Positions 1 through 14,200 of a stretch of DNA of 64,000 nucleotides are shown piece by piece (position 1 is the stretch's first letter; every line of letters begins with the position of its first letter). The notes under the pieces were generated by a model. That model made no database searches. It was not told where the DNA came from and was given only the letters and a program-made list of their open reading frames with translations. This DNA comes from Eledone cirrhosa. Its lineage: Eukaryota. Both the position numbers and the translations under genes were made by a program. The stretch is taken from positions 431,520,001 to 431,584,000 of the forward strand of contig OZ024740.1 of assembly GCA_964016885.1 (NCBI GenBank). The letters are read 5' to 3'.

Positions 1-3000
1 TGGGTTGTGGTGTTGAACTCTGTTAAAGACTTCCCAGAAGTAGGTTGTTGTATTGAACTCTGTTAAAGACATCCCAGAAGTAGGTTGTGGTGCTGAACTC
101 TGTTAAAGACATCCCAGGAGTAGGTTGTGGTGTTGAACTCTGTTAAAGACTTCCCAGAAGTAGGTTGTGGTATTGAACTCTGTTAAAGACATTTCAGAAG
201 TAGGTTGTGGTATTGAACTCTGTTAAAGACATCCCAGGAGTAGGTTGTGGTGGTGAACTCTGTTAAATATATCCCAGAGGTAGGTTGTGGTGTTGAACTC
301 TGTTAAAGACTTCCCAGAAGTAGGTTCTCGTATTGAACTCTGTTAAAGACATCCCAGAAGTAGGTTGTGGTATTGAACTTTGTTAAAGACATCCCAGAAG
401 TAGGTTGTGGTATTGAACTCTGTTAAAGCCATCCTAGAAGTAGGTTGTGGTGTTGAACTCTGTTAGAGACATCTCGGGAGTAGGTTGTGGTCTTGAACTC
501 TGTTAAAGACATCTCAGGAGTAGGTTGTGGTGTTGAACTTTGTTAAAGACATCCCAGAAGTAGGTTGTGGTGTTGAACTCTGTTAAAGACATCCCAGGAG
601 TAGGTTATGGTGATTAACTTTGTTAAAGAGATCCCAGAAGTAGGTTGTTGTATTGAACTCTGTTAAAGTCATCCCAGAAGTAGGTTGTGGTATTAAACTG
701 TGTTAAAGACATCCCAGAAGTAGGTTGTGGTATTGAACTCTGTTAAAGACATCCCAGAAGTAGGCTGTGGTGTTGAACTCTGTGAACGACATCCCAGGAC
801 CAGGTTGTGGTGTTGAACACTGTTAAAGAGATCCCAGAAGTAGGTTGTGGTGTTGAACTCTGTTAAAGACATCCCAGGAGTATGTTGTGGTGTTGAACTT
901 TGTTAAAGAGATCCCAGCAGTAGGTTGTGGTGTTGAACTCTGTTAAAGACATCCCAGAAGTAGGTTGTGGTGTTGAACTCTGTTAAAGACATCCCAGGAG
1001 TAGGTTGTGGTGTTGAACTTTGTTAAAGACATCCCAGCAGTAGGTTGTGGTGTTGAACTCTGTTATAGACATCCCAGAAGTAGGTTGTGGTTTTGAACTT
1101 GGTTAAAGACATCCCAGAAGTAGGTTGTGGTGTTGAACTCTGTTAAAGACATCCCAGGTGTAGGTTGTGGTATTGAACTCTGTTAAAGACATACCAGAAA
1201 TAGGTTGTGGTGTTGAACTCTGTTAAAGACATCCCAGGAGTAGGTTGTGGTGTTGAACTCTGTTATAGACATCCCAGAAGTAGGTTGTGGTGTTGAATTT
1301 TGTTAAAGACATCCCAGGCGTAGGTTGTGGTGTTGAACTCTGTTAAAGACATCCCAGGAGTAGGTTGTAGTATTGAACTCTGTTAAAGACATCCCAGTTG
1401 TAGGTTGTGGTGTTGAACTCTGTTAAAGACATCCCAGGAGTAGGTTATGGTGATGAACTTTGTTAAAGAGATCCCAGAAGTAGGTTGTTGTATTGAACTC
1501 TGTTAAAGTCATCCCAGAAGTAGGTTGTGGTATTAAACTCTGTTAAAGACATCCCAGAAGTAGGTTTTGGTATTGAACTCTGTTAAAGACATCCCAGAAG
1601 TAAGCTGTGGTGTTGAACTCTGTTAAAGATATCCCATTAGTAGTTTGTGGTGTTGAACTCTATTAAAGACATCCCAGAAGTAGGTTGTGGTGTTGAACTC
1701 TGTTAAAGACATCCTAGAAGTAGGTTGTGTTATTGAATTCTGTTAAAGACATCCCAGGAGTAGGTTGTGGTATTGAACTCTGTAAAAGACATCCAAGGAG
1801 TAGCTTGTGGTGTTGAACTCTGTTAAAGACATCCCAGAAGTAGGTTGTGGTATTGAACTCTGTTAAAGACATCCCAGAAGTAGGTTGTGGTATTGAACTC
1901 TGTTAAAGACATCTCAGGGGTAGGTTGTGGTGTTGAACTCTGTTAAAGACATCCCAGGAGTAGGTTGTGGTGTTGAACTCTGTTAAAGACATCCCAGGAG
2001 TAGGTTGTGGTGTTGAACTTTGTTAAAGAGATCCCAGCAGTAGGTTGTGGTGTTGAACTCTGTTAAAGACATCCCAGAAGTAGGTTGTGGTGTTGAACTC
2101 TGTTAAAGACATCCCAGAAGTAGGTTGTGGTATTGAACTCTGTAAAAGACATCCCAGGAGTAGGTTGTAGTATTGAACTCTGTTAAAGACATCCCAGGAG
2201 TAGGTTGTGGTGTTGAACTCTGTTAAAGACATCCCAGGAGTAGGTTGTGGTGTTGAACTCTGTTAAAGACTTCCCAGAAGTAGGTTGTTGTATTGAACTC
2301 TGTTAAAGACATCCCAGAAGTAGGTTGTGGTGCTGAACTCTGTTAAAGACATCCCAGGAGTAGGTTGTGGTGTTGAACTCTGTTAAAGACTTCCCAGAAG
2401 TAGGTTGTGGTATTGAACTCTGTTAAAGACATTTCAGAAGTAGGTTGTGGTATTGAACTCTGTTAAAGACATCCCAGGAGTAGGTTGTGGTGGTGAACTC
2501 TGTTAAATATATCCCAGAGGTAGGTTGTGGTGTTGAACTCTGTTAAAGACTTCCCAGAAGTAGGTTCTCGTATTGAACTCTGTTAAAGACATCCCAGAAG
2601 TAGGTTGTGGTATTGAACTTTGTTAAAGACATCCCAGAAGTAGGTTGTGGTATTGAACTCTGTTAAAGCCATCCTAGAAGTAGGTTGTGGTGTTGAACTC
2701 TGTTAGAGACATCTCGGGAGTAGGTTGTGGTCTTGAACTCTGTTAAAGACATCTCAGGAGTAGGTTGTGGTGTTGAACTTTGTTAAAGACATCCCAGAAG
2801 TAGGTTGTGGTGTTGAACTCTGTTAAAGACATCCCAGGAGTAGGTTATGGTGATTAACTTTGTTAAAGAGATCCCAGAAGTAGGTTGTTGTATTGAACTC
2901 TGTTAAAGTCATCCCAGAAGTAGGTTGTGGTATTAAACTGTGTTAAAGACATCCCAGAAGTAGGTTGTGGTATTGAACTCTGTTAAAGACATCCCAGAAG

Positions 3001-6000
3001 TAGGCTGTGGTGTTGAACTCTGTTAAAGACATCTCAGAAGTAGGTTGTGGTATTCAACTCTGTTAAAGACATCCCAGGAGTAGGTTGTGGTGTTGAACTC
3101 CGTTAAAGACTTCCCAGGCGCAGGTTGTGGTATTGAACTCTGTGAACGACATCCCAGGACCAGGTTGTGGTGTTGAACACTGTTAAAGAGATCCCAGAAG
3201 TAGGTTGTGGTGTTGAACTCTGTTAAAGACATCCCAGGAGTAGGTTGTGGTGTTGAACTTTGTTAAAGAGATCCCAGCAGTAGGTTGTGGTGTTGAACTC
3301 TGTTAAAGACATCCCAGAAGTAGGTTGTGGTGTTGAACTCTGTTAAAGACATCCCAGGAGTAGGTTGTGGTGTTGAACTTTGTTAAAGACATCCCAGCAG
3401 TAGGTTGTGGTGTTGAACTCTGTTATAGACATCCCAGAAGTAGGTTGTTGTTTTGAACTTGGTTAAAGACATCCCAGAAGTAGGTTGTGGTGTTGAACTC
3501 TGTTAAAGACATCCCAGGTGTAGGTTGTGGTATTGAACTCTGTTAAAGACATACCAGAAATAGGTTGTGGTGTTGAACTCTGTTAAAGACATCCCAGGAG
3601 TAGGTTGTGGTGTTGAACTCTGTTATAGACATCCCAGAAGTAGGTTGTGGTGTTGAATTTTGTTAAAGACATCCCAGGCGTAGGTTGTGGTGTTGAACTC
3701 TGTTAAAGACATCCCAGGAGTAGGTTGTAGTATTGAACTCTGTTAAAGACATCCCAGTTGTAGGTTGTGGTGTTGAACTCTGTTAAAGACATCCCAGGAG
3801 TAGGTTATGGTGATGAACTTTGTTAAAGAGATCCCAGAAGTAGGTTGTTGTATTGAACTCTGTTAAAGTCATCCCAGAAGTAGGTTGTGGTATTAAACTC
3901 TGTTAAAGACATCCCAGAAGTAGGTTGTGGTATTGAACTCTGTTAAAGACATCCCAGAAGTAAGCTGTGGTGTTGAACTCTGTTAAAGATATCCCATTAG
4001 TAGGTTGTGGTGTTGAACTCTATTAAAGACATCCCAGAAGTAGGTTGTGGTGTTGAACTCTGTTAAAGACATCCCAGAAGTAGGTTGTGGAGTAGAACTC
4101 TGTTAAAGACATCCTAGAAGTAGGTTGTGTTATTGAATTCTGTTAAAGACATCCCAGGAGTAGGTTGTGGTATTGAACTCTGTAAAAGACATCCAAGGAG
4201 TAGCTTGTGGTGTTGAACTCTGTTAAAGACATCCCAGAAGTAGGTTGTGGTATTGAACTCTGTTAAAGACATCCCAGAAGTAGGTTGTGGTATTGAACTC
4301 TGTTAAAGACATCTCAGGGGTAGGTTGTGGTGTTGAACTCTGTTAAAGACATCCCAGGAGTAGGTTGTGGTGTTGAACTCTGTTAAAGACATCCCAGGAG
4401 TAGGTTGTGGTGTTGAACTTTGTTAAAGAGATCCCAGCAGTAGGTTGTGGTGTTGAACTCTGTTAAAGACATCCCAGAAGTAGGTTGTGGTGTTGAACTC
4501 TGTTAAAGACATCCCAGAAGTAGGTTGTGGTATTGAACTCTGTAAAAGACATCCCAGGAGTAGGTTGTAGTATTGAACTCTGTTAAAGACATCCCAGGAG
4601 TAGGTTGTGGTGTTGAACTCTGTTAAAGACCTCCCAGGAGTAGGTTGTGGTGTTGAACTCTGTTAAAGACTTCCCAGAAGTAGGTTGTGGTATTGAACTC
4701 TGTTAAAGACATTTCAGAAGTAGGTTGTGGTATTGAACTCTGTTAAAGACATCCCAGGAGTAGGTTGTGGTGGTGAACTCTGTTAAATATATCCCAGAGG
4801 TAGGTTGTGGTGTTGAACTCTGTTAAAGACTTCCCAGAAGTAGGTTCTCGTATTGAACTCTGTTAAAGACATCCCAGAAGTAGGTTGTGGTGTTGAACTT
4901 TGTTAAAGACATCCCAGAAGTAGGTTGTGGTGTTGAACTCTGTTAAAGACATCCCAGGAGTAGGTTATGGTGATTAACTTTGTTAAAGAGATCCCAGAAG
5001 TAGGTTGTTGTATTGAACTCTGTTAAAGTCATCCCAGAAGTAGGCTGTGGTATTAAACTGTGTTAAAGACATCCCAGAAGTAAATTGTGGTATTGAACTC
5101 TGTTAAAGACATCCCAGAAGTAGGCTGTGGTGTTGAACTCTGTTAAAGACATCTCAGAAGTAGGTTGTGGTATTGAACTCTGTTAAAGACATCCCAGGAG
5201 TAGGTTGTGGTGTTGAACTCCGTTAAAGACATCCCAGGCGCAGGTTGTGGTATTGAACTCTGTGAACGACATCCCAGGACCAGGTTGTGGTGTTGAACAC
5301 TGTTAAAGAGATCCCAGAAGTAGGTTGTGGTGTTGAACTCTGTTAAAGACATCCCAGGAGTAGGTTGTGGTGTTGAACTTTGTTAAAGAGATCCCAGCAG
5401 TAGGTTGTGGTGTTGAACTCTGTTAAAGACATCCCAGAAGTAGGTTGTGGTGTTGAACTCTGTTAAAGACATCCCAGGAGTAGGTTGTGGTGTTGAACTT
5501 TGTTAAAGACATCCCAGCAGTAGGTTGTGGTGTTGAACTCTGTTATAGACATCCCAGAAGTAGGTTGTGGTTTTGAACTTGGTTAAAGACATCCCAGAAG
5601 TAGGTTGTGGTGTTGAACTCTGTTAAAGACATCCCAGGTGTAGGTTGTGGTATTGAACTCTGTTAAAGACATACCAGAAATAGGTTGTGGTGTTGAACTC
5701 TGTTAAAGACATCCCAGGAGTAGGTTGTGGTGTTGAACTCTGTTATAGACATCCCAGAAGTAGGTTGTGGTGTTGAATTTTGTTAAAGACATCCCAGGCG
5801 TAGGTTGTGGTGTTGAACTCTGTTAAAGACATCCCAGGAGTAGGTTGTAGTATTGAACTCTGTTAAAGACATCCCAGTTGTAGGTTGTGGTGTTGAACTC
5901 TGTTAAAGACATCCCAGGAGTAGGTTATGGTGATGAACTTTGTTAAAGAGATCCCAGAAGTAGGTTGTTGTATTGAACTCTGTTAAAGTCATCCCAGAAG

Positions 6001-9000
6001 TAGGTTGTGGTATTAAACTCTGTTAAAGACATCCCAGAAGTAAGCTGTGGTGTTGAACTCTGTTAAAGATATCCCATTAGTAGGTTGTGGTGTTGAACTC
6101 TGTTAAAGACATCTCAGAAGTAGGTTGTGGTGTTGAACTCTGTTAAAGACATCCCAGAAGTAGGTTGTGGTATTGAACTCTGTAAAAGACATCCCAGGAG
6201 TAGGTTGAGGTGTTGAACTCTGTTAAAGACATCCCAGGAGTAGGTTGTAGTATTGAACTCTGTTAAAGACATCCCAGGAGTAGGTTGTGGTGTTGAACTC
6301 TGTTAAAGACATCCCAGGAGTAGGTTGTGGTGTTGAACTCTGTTAAAGACTTCCCAGAAGTAGGTTGTTGTATTGAACTCTGTTAAAGACATCCCAGAAG
6401 TAGGTTGTGGTGCTGAACTCTGTTAAAGACATCCCAGGAGTAGGTTATGGTGTTGAACTCTGTTAAAGACTTCCCAGAAGTAGGTTGTTGTATTGAACTC
6501 TGTTAAAGACATTTCAGAAGTAGGTTGTGGTATTGAACTCTGTTAAAGACATCCCAGGAGTAGGTTGTGGTGGTGAACTCTGTTAAATATATCCCAGAGG
6601 TAGGTTGTGGTGTTGAACTCTGTTAAAGACTTCCCAGAAGTAGGTTCTTGTATTGAACTCTGTTAAAGACATCCCAGGAGTAGGTTGTGGTGTTGAACTC
6701 TGTTAAAGACATCCTAGAAGTAGGTTGTGTTGTTGAACTCTGTTAAAGACATCCTAGAAGTAGGTTGTGGTGTTGAACTCTGTTAAAGACATCCCAGGAG
6801 TAGGTTGTGGTCTTGAACTCCGTTAAAGACATCCCAGGAGTAGGTTGTGGTGTTGAACTCTGTTAAAGACATCCTAGAAGTAGGTTGTGGTGTTGAACTC
6901 TGTTAAAGACATCCTAGAAGTAGGTTGTGGTGTTGAACTCCGTTAAAGACATCCCAGAAGTAGGTTGTGGTATTGAACTCTGTTAAAGACATCTCATGAG
7001 TAGGTTGTGGTGTTGAACTCTGTTAAAGATATCCCAAAAGTAGGTTGTGGTGTTAAACTCTGTTAAAGACATCCCAGAAGTAGGTTGTGGTGTTGAACTC
7101 TGTTAAAGACATCCCAGGCGTAGATTGTGGTGTTGAACTCTGTTAAAGACATCTCAGAAGTAGGTCGTGGTATTGAACTCTTATTATAGACATCCTACGA
7201 GTAGGTTGTGGTGTTGAACTCTGTTAAAGACATCCCAATAGTAGGTTGTGGTGTTGAACTCTGTTAAAGACATCCCAGGAGTAGGTTGTGGTATTGAACT
7301 CTATTAAAGACATCCTAGAAGTAGGTTGTGTTATTGAACTCTGTTAAAGACATCGCAGGAGTAGGTTGTGGTATTGAACTCTGTTAAAGACATCCCATTA
7401 GTAGGTTGTGGTGTTGAACTCTATTAAAGACATCCCAGAAGTAGGTTGTGGTGTTGAACTCTGTTAAAGACATCCCAGAAGTAGGTTGTGGAGTAGAACT
7501 CTGTTAAAGACATCCTAGAAGTAGGTTGTGTTATTGAATTCTGTTAAAGACATCCCAGGAGTAGGTTGTGGTATTGAACTCTGTAAAAGACATCCAAGGA
7601 GTAGCTTGTGGTGTTGAACTCTGTTAAAGACATCCCAGAAGTAGGTTGTGGTATTGAACTCTGTTAAAGACATCCCAGAAGTAGGTTGTGGTATTGAACT
7701 CTGTTAAAGACATCTCAGGGGTAGGTTGTGGTGTTGAACTCTGTTAAAGACATCCCAGGAGTAGGTTGTGGTGTTGAACTCTGTTAAAGACATCCCAGGA
7801 GTAGGTTGTGGTGTTGAACTTTGTTAAAGAGATCCCAGCAGTAGGTTGTGGTGGTGAACTCTGTTAAAGACATCCCAGAAGTAGGTTGTGGTGTTGAACT
7901 CTGTTAAAGACATCCCAGAAGTAGGTTGTGGTATTGAACTCTGTAAAAGACATCCCAGGAGTAGGTTGTAGTATTGAACTCTGTTAAAGACATCCCAGGA
8001 GTAGGTTGTGGTGTTGAACTCTGTTAAAGACATCCCAGGAGTAGGTTGTGGTGTTGAACTCTGTTAAAGACTTCCCAGAAGTAGGTTGTTGTATTGAACT
8101 CTGTTAAAGACATCCCAGAAGTAGGTTGTGGTGCTGAACTCTGTTAAAGACATCCCAGGAGTAGGTTGTGGTGTTGAACTCTGTTAAAGACTTCCCAGAA
8201 GTAGGTTGTGGTATTGAACTCTGTTAAAGACATTTCAGAAGTAGGTTGTGGTATTGAACTCTGTTAAAGACATCCCAGGAGTAGGTTGTGGTGGTGAACT
8301 CTGTTAAATATATCCCAGAGGTAGGTTGTGGTGTTGAACTCTGTTAAAGACTTCCCAGAAGTAGGTTCTCGTATTGAACTCTGTTAAAGACATCCCAGAA
8401 GTAGGTTGTGGTATTGAACTTTGTTAAAGACATCCCAGAAGTAGGTTGTGGTATTGAACTCTGTTAAAGACATCCTCGAAGTAGGTTGTGGTGTTGAACT
8501 CTGTTAGAGACATCTCGGGAGTAGGTTGTGGTCTTGAACTCTGTTAAAGACATCTCAGGAGTAGGTCGTGGTGTTGAACTTTGTTAAAGACATCCCAGAA
8601 GTAGGTTGTGGTGTTGAACTCTGTTAAAGACATCCCAGGAATAGGTTATGGTGATTAACTTTGTTAAAGAGATCCCAGAAGTAGGTTGTTGTATTGAACT
8701 CTGTTAAAGTCATCCCAGAAGTAGGTTGTGGTATTAAACTGTGTTAAAGACATCCCAGAAGTAGGTTGTGGTATTGAACTCTGTTAAAGACATCCCAGAA
8801 GTAGGCTGTGGTGTTGAACTCTGTTAAAGACATCTCAGAAGTAGGTTGTGGTATTGAACTCTGTTAAAGACATCCCAGGAGTAGGTTGTGGTGTTGAACT
8901 CCGTTAAAGACATCCCAGGCGCAGGTTGTGGTATTGAACTCTGTGAACGACATCCCAGGACCAGGTTGTGGTGTTGAACACTGTTAAAGAGATCCCAGAA

Positions 9001-10000
9001 GTAGGTTGTGGTGTTGAACTCTGTTAAAGACATCCCAGGAGTAGGTTGTGGTGTTGAACTTTGTTAAAGAGATCCCAGTAGTAGGTTGTGGTGTTGAACT
9101 CTGTTAAAGACATCCCAGAAGTAGGTTGTGGTGTTGAACTCTGTTAAAGACATCCCAGGAGTAGGTTGTGGTGTTGAACTTTGTTAAAGAGATCCCAGCA
9201 GTAGGTTGTGGTGTTGAACTCTGTTATAGACATCCCAGAAGTAGGTTGTGGTTTTGAACTTGGTTAAAGACATCCCAGAAGTAGGTTGTGGTGTTGAACT
9301 CTGTTAAAGACATCCCAGGAGTAGGTTGTGGTATTGAACTCTGTTAAAGACATACCAGAAATAGGTTGTGGTGTTGAACTCTGTTAAAGACATCCCAGGA
9401 GTAGGTTGTGGTGTTGAACTCTGTTATAGACATCCCAGAAGTAGGTTGTGGTGTTGAATTTTGTTAAAGACATCCCAGGTGTAGGTTGTGGTGTTGAACT
9501 CTGTTAAAGACATCCCAGGAGTAGGTTGTAGTATTGAACTCTGTTAAAGACATCCCAGTTGTAGGTTGTGGTGTTGAACTCTGTTAAAGACATCCCAGGA
9601 GTAGGTTATGGTGATGAACTTTGTTAAAGAGATCCCAGAAGTAGGTTGTTGTATTGAACTCTGTTAAAGTCATACCCGAAGTAGGTTGTGGTATTAAACT
9701 CTGTTAAAGACATCCCAGAAGTAGGTTGTGGTATTGAACTCTGTTAAAGACATCCCAGAAGTAAGCTGTGGTGTTGAACTCTGTTAAAGATATCCCATTA
9801 GTAGGTTGTGGTGTTGAACTCTGTTAAAGACATCTCAGAAGTAGGTTGTGGTGTTGAACTCTGTTAAAGACATCCCAGAAGTAGGTTGTGGTATTGAACT
9901 CTGTAAAAGACATCCCAGGAGTAGGTTGAGGTGTTGAACTCTGTTAAAGACATCCCAGGAGTAGGTTGTAGTATTGAACTCTGTTAAAGACATCCCAGGA
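1..10000. repeat. HOR domain 1: ~2.1-2.4 kb (53-59 monomer) units, plus a copy at offset 5801 bp
   Basis: Marker TGTGAACGACATCCCAGGACCAGG at 781, 3141, 5261, 8942. Marker TAGGTTCTCG at 321, 2561, 4841, 8362. ORF-track pairs 2023/7824 and 3023/8824 are both offset by 5801. Confidence 0.85.
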
Positions 10001-11279
10001 GTAGGTTGTGGTGTTGAACTCTGTTAAAGACTTCCCAGAAGTAGCTTGTTGTATTGAACTCTGTTAAAGACATCCCAGAAGTAGGTTGTGGTGCTGAACT
10101 CTGTTAAAGACATCCCAGGAGTAGGTTGTGGTGTTGAACTCTGTTAAAGACTTCCCAGAAGTAGGTTGTTGTATTGAACTCTGTTAAAGACATTTCAGAA
10201 GTAGGTTGTGGTATTGAACTCTGTTAAAGACATCCCAGGAGTAGGTTGTGGTGGTGAACTCTGTTAAATATATCCCAGAGGTAGGTTGTGGTGTTGAACT
10301 CTGTTAAAGACTTCCCAGAAGTAGGTTCTTGTATTGAACTCTGTTAAAGACATCCCAGAAGTAGGTTGTGGTATTGAACTTTGTTAAAGACATCCCAGAA
10401 GTAGGTTGTGGTATTGAACTCTGTTAAAGACATCCTAGAAGTAGGTTGTGGTGTTGAACTCTGTTAAAGACATCCCAGGAGTAGGTTATGGTGGTGAACT
10501 CTGTTAAATATATCCCAGAGGTAGGTTGTGGTGTTGAACTCTGTTAAAGACTTCCCAGAAGTAGGTTCTTGTATTGAACTCTGTTAGAGACATCTCGGGA
10601 GTAGGTTGTGGTGTTGAACTCTGTTAAAGACATCTCAGGAGTAGGTTGTGGTGTTGAACTTTGTTAAAGACATCCCAGAAGTAGGTTGTGGTGTTGAACT
10701 CTGTTAAAGACATCCCAGGAGTAGGTTATGGTGATTAACTTTGTTAAAGAGATCCCAGAAGTAGGTTGTTGTATTGAACTCTGTTAAAGTCATCCCAGAA
10801 GTAGGTCGTGGTATTAAACTGTGTTAAAGACATCCCAGAAGTAGGTTGTGGTATTGAACTCTGTTAAAGACATCCCAGAAGTAGGCTGTGGTGTTGAACT
10901 CTGTTAAAGACATCTCAGAAGTAGGTTGTGGTATTGAACTCTGTTAAAGACATCCCAGGAGTAGGTTGTGGTGTTGAACTCCGTTAAAGACATCCCAGGC
11001 GTAGGTTGTGGTATTGAACTCTGTTAAAGACATCCTAGAAGTAGGTTGTGGTGTTGAACTCTGTTAAAGACATCTCAGAAGTAGGTTGTGGTGTTGAACT
11101 TTGTTAAAGACATCCCAGAAGTAGGTTGTGGTGTTGAACTCTGTTAAAGACATCCCAGGAGTAGGTTGTGGTATTGAACTCTGTTAAAGACATACCAGAA
11201 ATAGGTTGTGGTGTTGAACTCTGTTAAAGACATCCCAGGAGTAGGTTGTGGTGTTGAACTCTGTTATAGACATCCCAGA

Positions 11280-14200
11280 AGTAGGTTGTGGTGTGGAACT
11301 CTGTTAAAGACATCCCAGAAGTAGGTTGTGGTGCTGAACTCTGTTATAGACATCCCAGAAGTAGGTTGTGGTGTTGAACTCTGTTAAAGACATCCCAGAA
11401 GTAGGTTATGGTGTTGAACTTTGTTAAAGAGATCCCAGCAGTAGGTTGTGGTGTTGAACTCTGTTATAGACATCCCAGAAGTAGGTTGTGGTTTTGAACT
11501 TGGTTAAAGACATCCCAGAAGTAGGTTGTGGTGTTGAACTCTGTTAAAGACATCCCAGGAGTAGGTTGTGGTATTGAACTCTGTTAAAGACATACCAGAA
11601 ATAGGTTGTGGTGTTGAACTCTGTTAAAGACATCCCAGGAGTAGGTTGTGGTGTTGAACTCTGTTATAGACATCCCAGAAGTAGGTTGTGGTGTTGAATT
11701 TTGTTAAAGACATCCCAGGCGTAGGTTGTGGTGTTGAACTCTGTTAAAGACATCCCAGGAGTAGGTTGTAGTATTGAACTCTGTTAAAGACATCCCAGTT
11801 GTAGGTTGTGGTGTTGAACTCTGTTAAAGACATCCCAGGAGTAGGTTATGGTGATGAACTTTGTTAAAGATATCCCATTAGTAGGTTGTGGTGTTGAACT
11901 CTGTTAAAGACATCTCAGAAGTAGGTTGTGGTGTTGAACTCTGTTAAAGACATCCCAGAAGTAGGTTGTGGTATTGAACTCTGTTAAAGACATCCCAGAA
12001 GTAGGCTGTGGTGTTGAACTCTGTTAAAGACATCTCAGAAGTAGGTTGTGGTATTGAACTCTGTTAAAGACATCCCAGGAGTAGGTTGTGGTGTTGAACT
12101 CCGTTAAAGACATCCCAGGCGTAGGTTGTGGTATTGAACTCTGTTAAAGACATCCCAGAAGTAGGTTGTGGTATTGAACTCTGTTAAAGACATCCCAGAA
12201 GTAGGTTGTTGTGTTGAACTCTGTTAAAGACATCCCAGGAGTATGTTGTGGTGTTGAACTCTGTTAAAGACATCTCGGGAGTAGGTTGTGGTGTTGAACT
12301 CTGTTAAAGACATCTCAGAAGCAGGTTGTGGTGTTGAACTTTGTTAAAGACATCCCAGAAGTAGGTTGTGGTGTTGAACTCTGTTAAAGACATCCCAGGA
12401 GTAGGTTATGGTGTTGAACTTTGTTAAAGAGATCCCAGCAGCAGGTTGTGGTGTTGAACTCTGTTAAAGTCATCCCAGAAGTAGGTTGTGGTATTGAACT
12501 CTGTTAAAGACATCCCAGGACTAGGTTGTGGTGTTGAACTTTGTTAAAGAGATCCCAGCAGTAGGTTGTGGTGTTGAACTCTGTTATAGACATCCCAGAA
12601 GTAGGTTGTGGTTTTGAACTTTGTTAAAGACATCCCAGAAGTAGGTTGTGGTGTTGAACTCTGTTAAAGACATCCCAGGAGTAGGTTGTGGTATTGAACT
12701 CTGTTAAAGATATACCAGATATAGGTTGTGGTGTTGAACTCTGTTAAAGACATCCCAGTAGTAGGTTGTGGTGCTGAACTCTGTTAAAGACATCCCAGGA
12801 GTAGGTTGTGGTGTTGAACTCTGTTAAAGACTTCCCAGAAGTAGGTTGTTGTATTGAACTCTGTTAAAGACATTTCAGAAGTAGGTTGTGGTATTGAACT
12901 CTGTTAAAGACATCCCAGGAGTAGGTTGTGGTGGTGAACTCTGTTAAATATATCCCAGAGGTAGGTTGTGGTGTTGAACTCTGTTAAAGACTTCCCAGAA
13001 GTAGGTTCTTGTATTGAACTCTGTTAAAGACATCCCAGAAGTAGGTTGTGGTATTGAACTTTGTTAAAGACATCCCAGAAGTAGGTTGTGGTATTGAACT
13101 CTGTTAAAGACATCCTAGAAGTAGGTTGTGGTGTTGAACTCTGTTAGAGACATCTCGGGAGTAGGTTGTGGTGTTGAACTCTGTTAAAGACATCTCAGGA
13201 GTAGGTTGTGGTGTTGAACTTTGTTAAAGACATCCCAGAAGTAGGTTGTGGTGTTGAACTCTGTTAAAGACATCCCAGGAGTAGGTTATGGTGATTAACT
13301 TTGTTAAAGAGATCCCAGAAGTAGGTTGTTGTATTGAACTCTGTTAAAGTCATCCCAGAAGTAGGTCGTGGTATTAAACTGTGTTAAAGACATCCCAGAA
13401 GTAGGTTGTGGTATTGAACTCTGTTAAAGACATCCCAGAAGTAGGCTGTGGTGTTGAACTCTGTTAAAGACATCCCAGGAGCAGGTTGTGGTGTTGAACT
13501 CTGTTATAGACATCCCAGAAGTAGGTTGTGGTGTTGAACTCTGTTAGAGACATCCCAGAAGTAGGTTGTGGTGTTGAACTTTGTTAAAGAGATCCCAGAA
13601 GAAGGTTGTGGTTTTGAACTCTGTTAAAGACATCCAAGGAGTAGGTTGTGGTGTTGAAATCTGTTAAAGACATTCCAGCAGTAGGTTGTGGTGTTGAACT
13701 CTGTTAAATACATCTCAGAAGTAGGTTGTGGTGTTGAACTCTGTTAAAGACATCCCAGGAGTAGGTTGTGGTGTGGAACTCTGTTAAAGACATCCCAGAA
13801 GTAGGTTGTGGTGCTGAACTCTGTTATAGACATCCCAGAAGTAGGTTGTGGTGTTGAACTCTGTTAAAGACATCCCAGAAGTAGGTTGTGGTGTTGAACT
13901 CTGTTAAAGACATCCCAGGAGTAGGTTGTGGTGTTGAACTTTGTTAAAGAGATCCCAGCAGTAGGTTGTGGTGTTGAACTCTGTTATAGACATCCCAGAA
14001 GTAGGTTGTGGTTTTGAACTTGGTTAAAGACATCCCAGAAGTAGGTTGTGGTGTTGAACTCTGTTAAAGACATCCCAGGAGTAGGTTGTGGTATTGAACT
14101 CTGTTAAAGACATACCAGAAATAGGTTGTGGTGTTGAACTCTGTTAAAGACATCCCAGGAGTAGGTTGTGGTGTTGAACTCTGTTATAGACATCCCAGAA

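Noticed and set aside
1-40. Assignment to a named satellite family or species
   Set aside because: I do not recognise the monomer. A Dfam/Repbase/BLASTn search is required.
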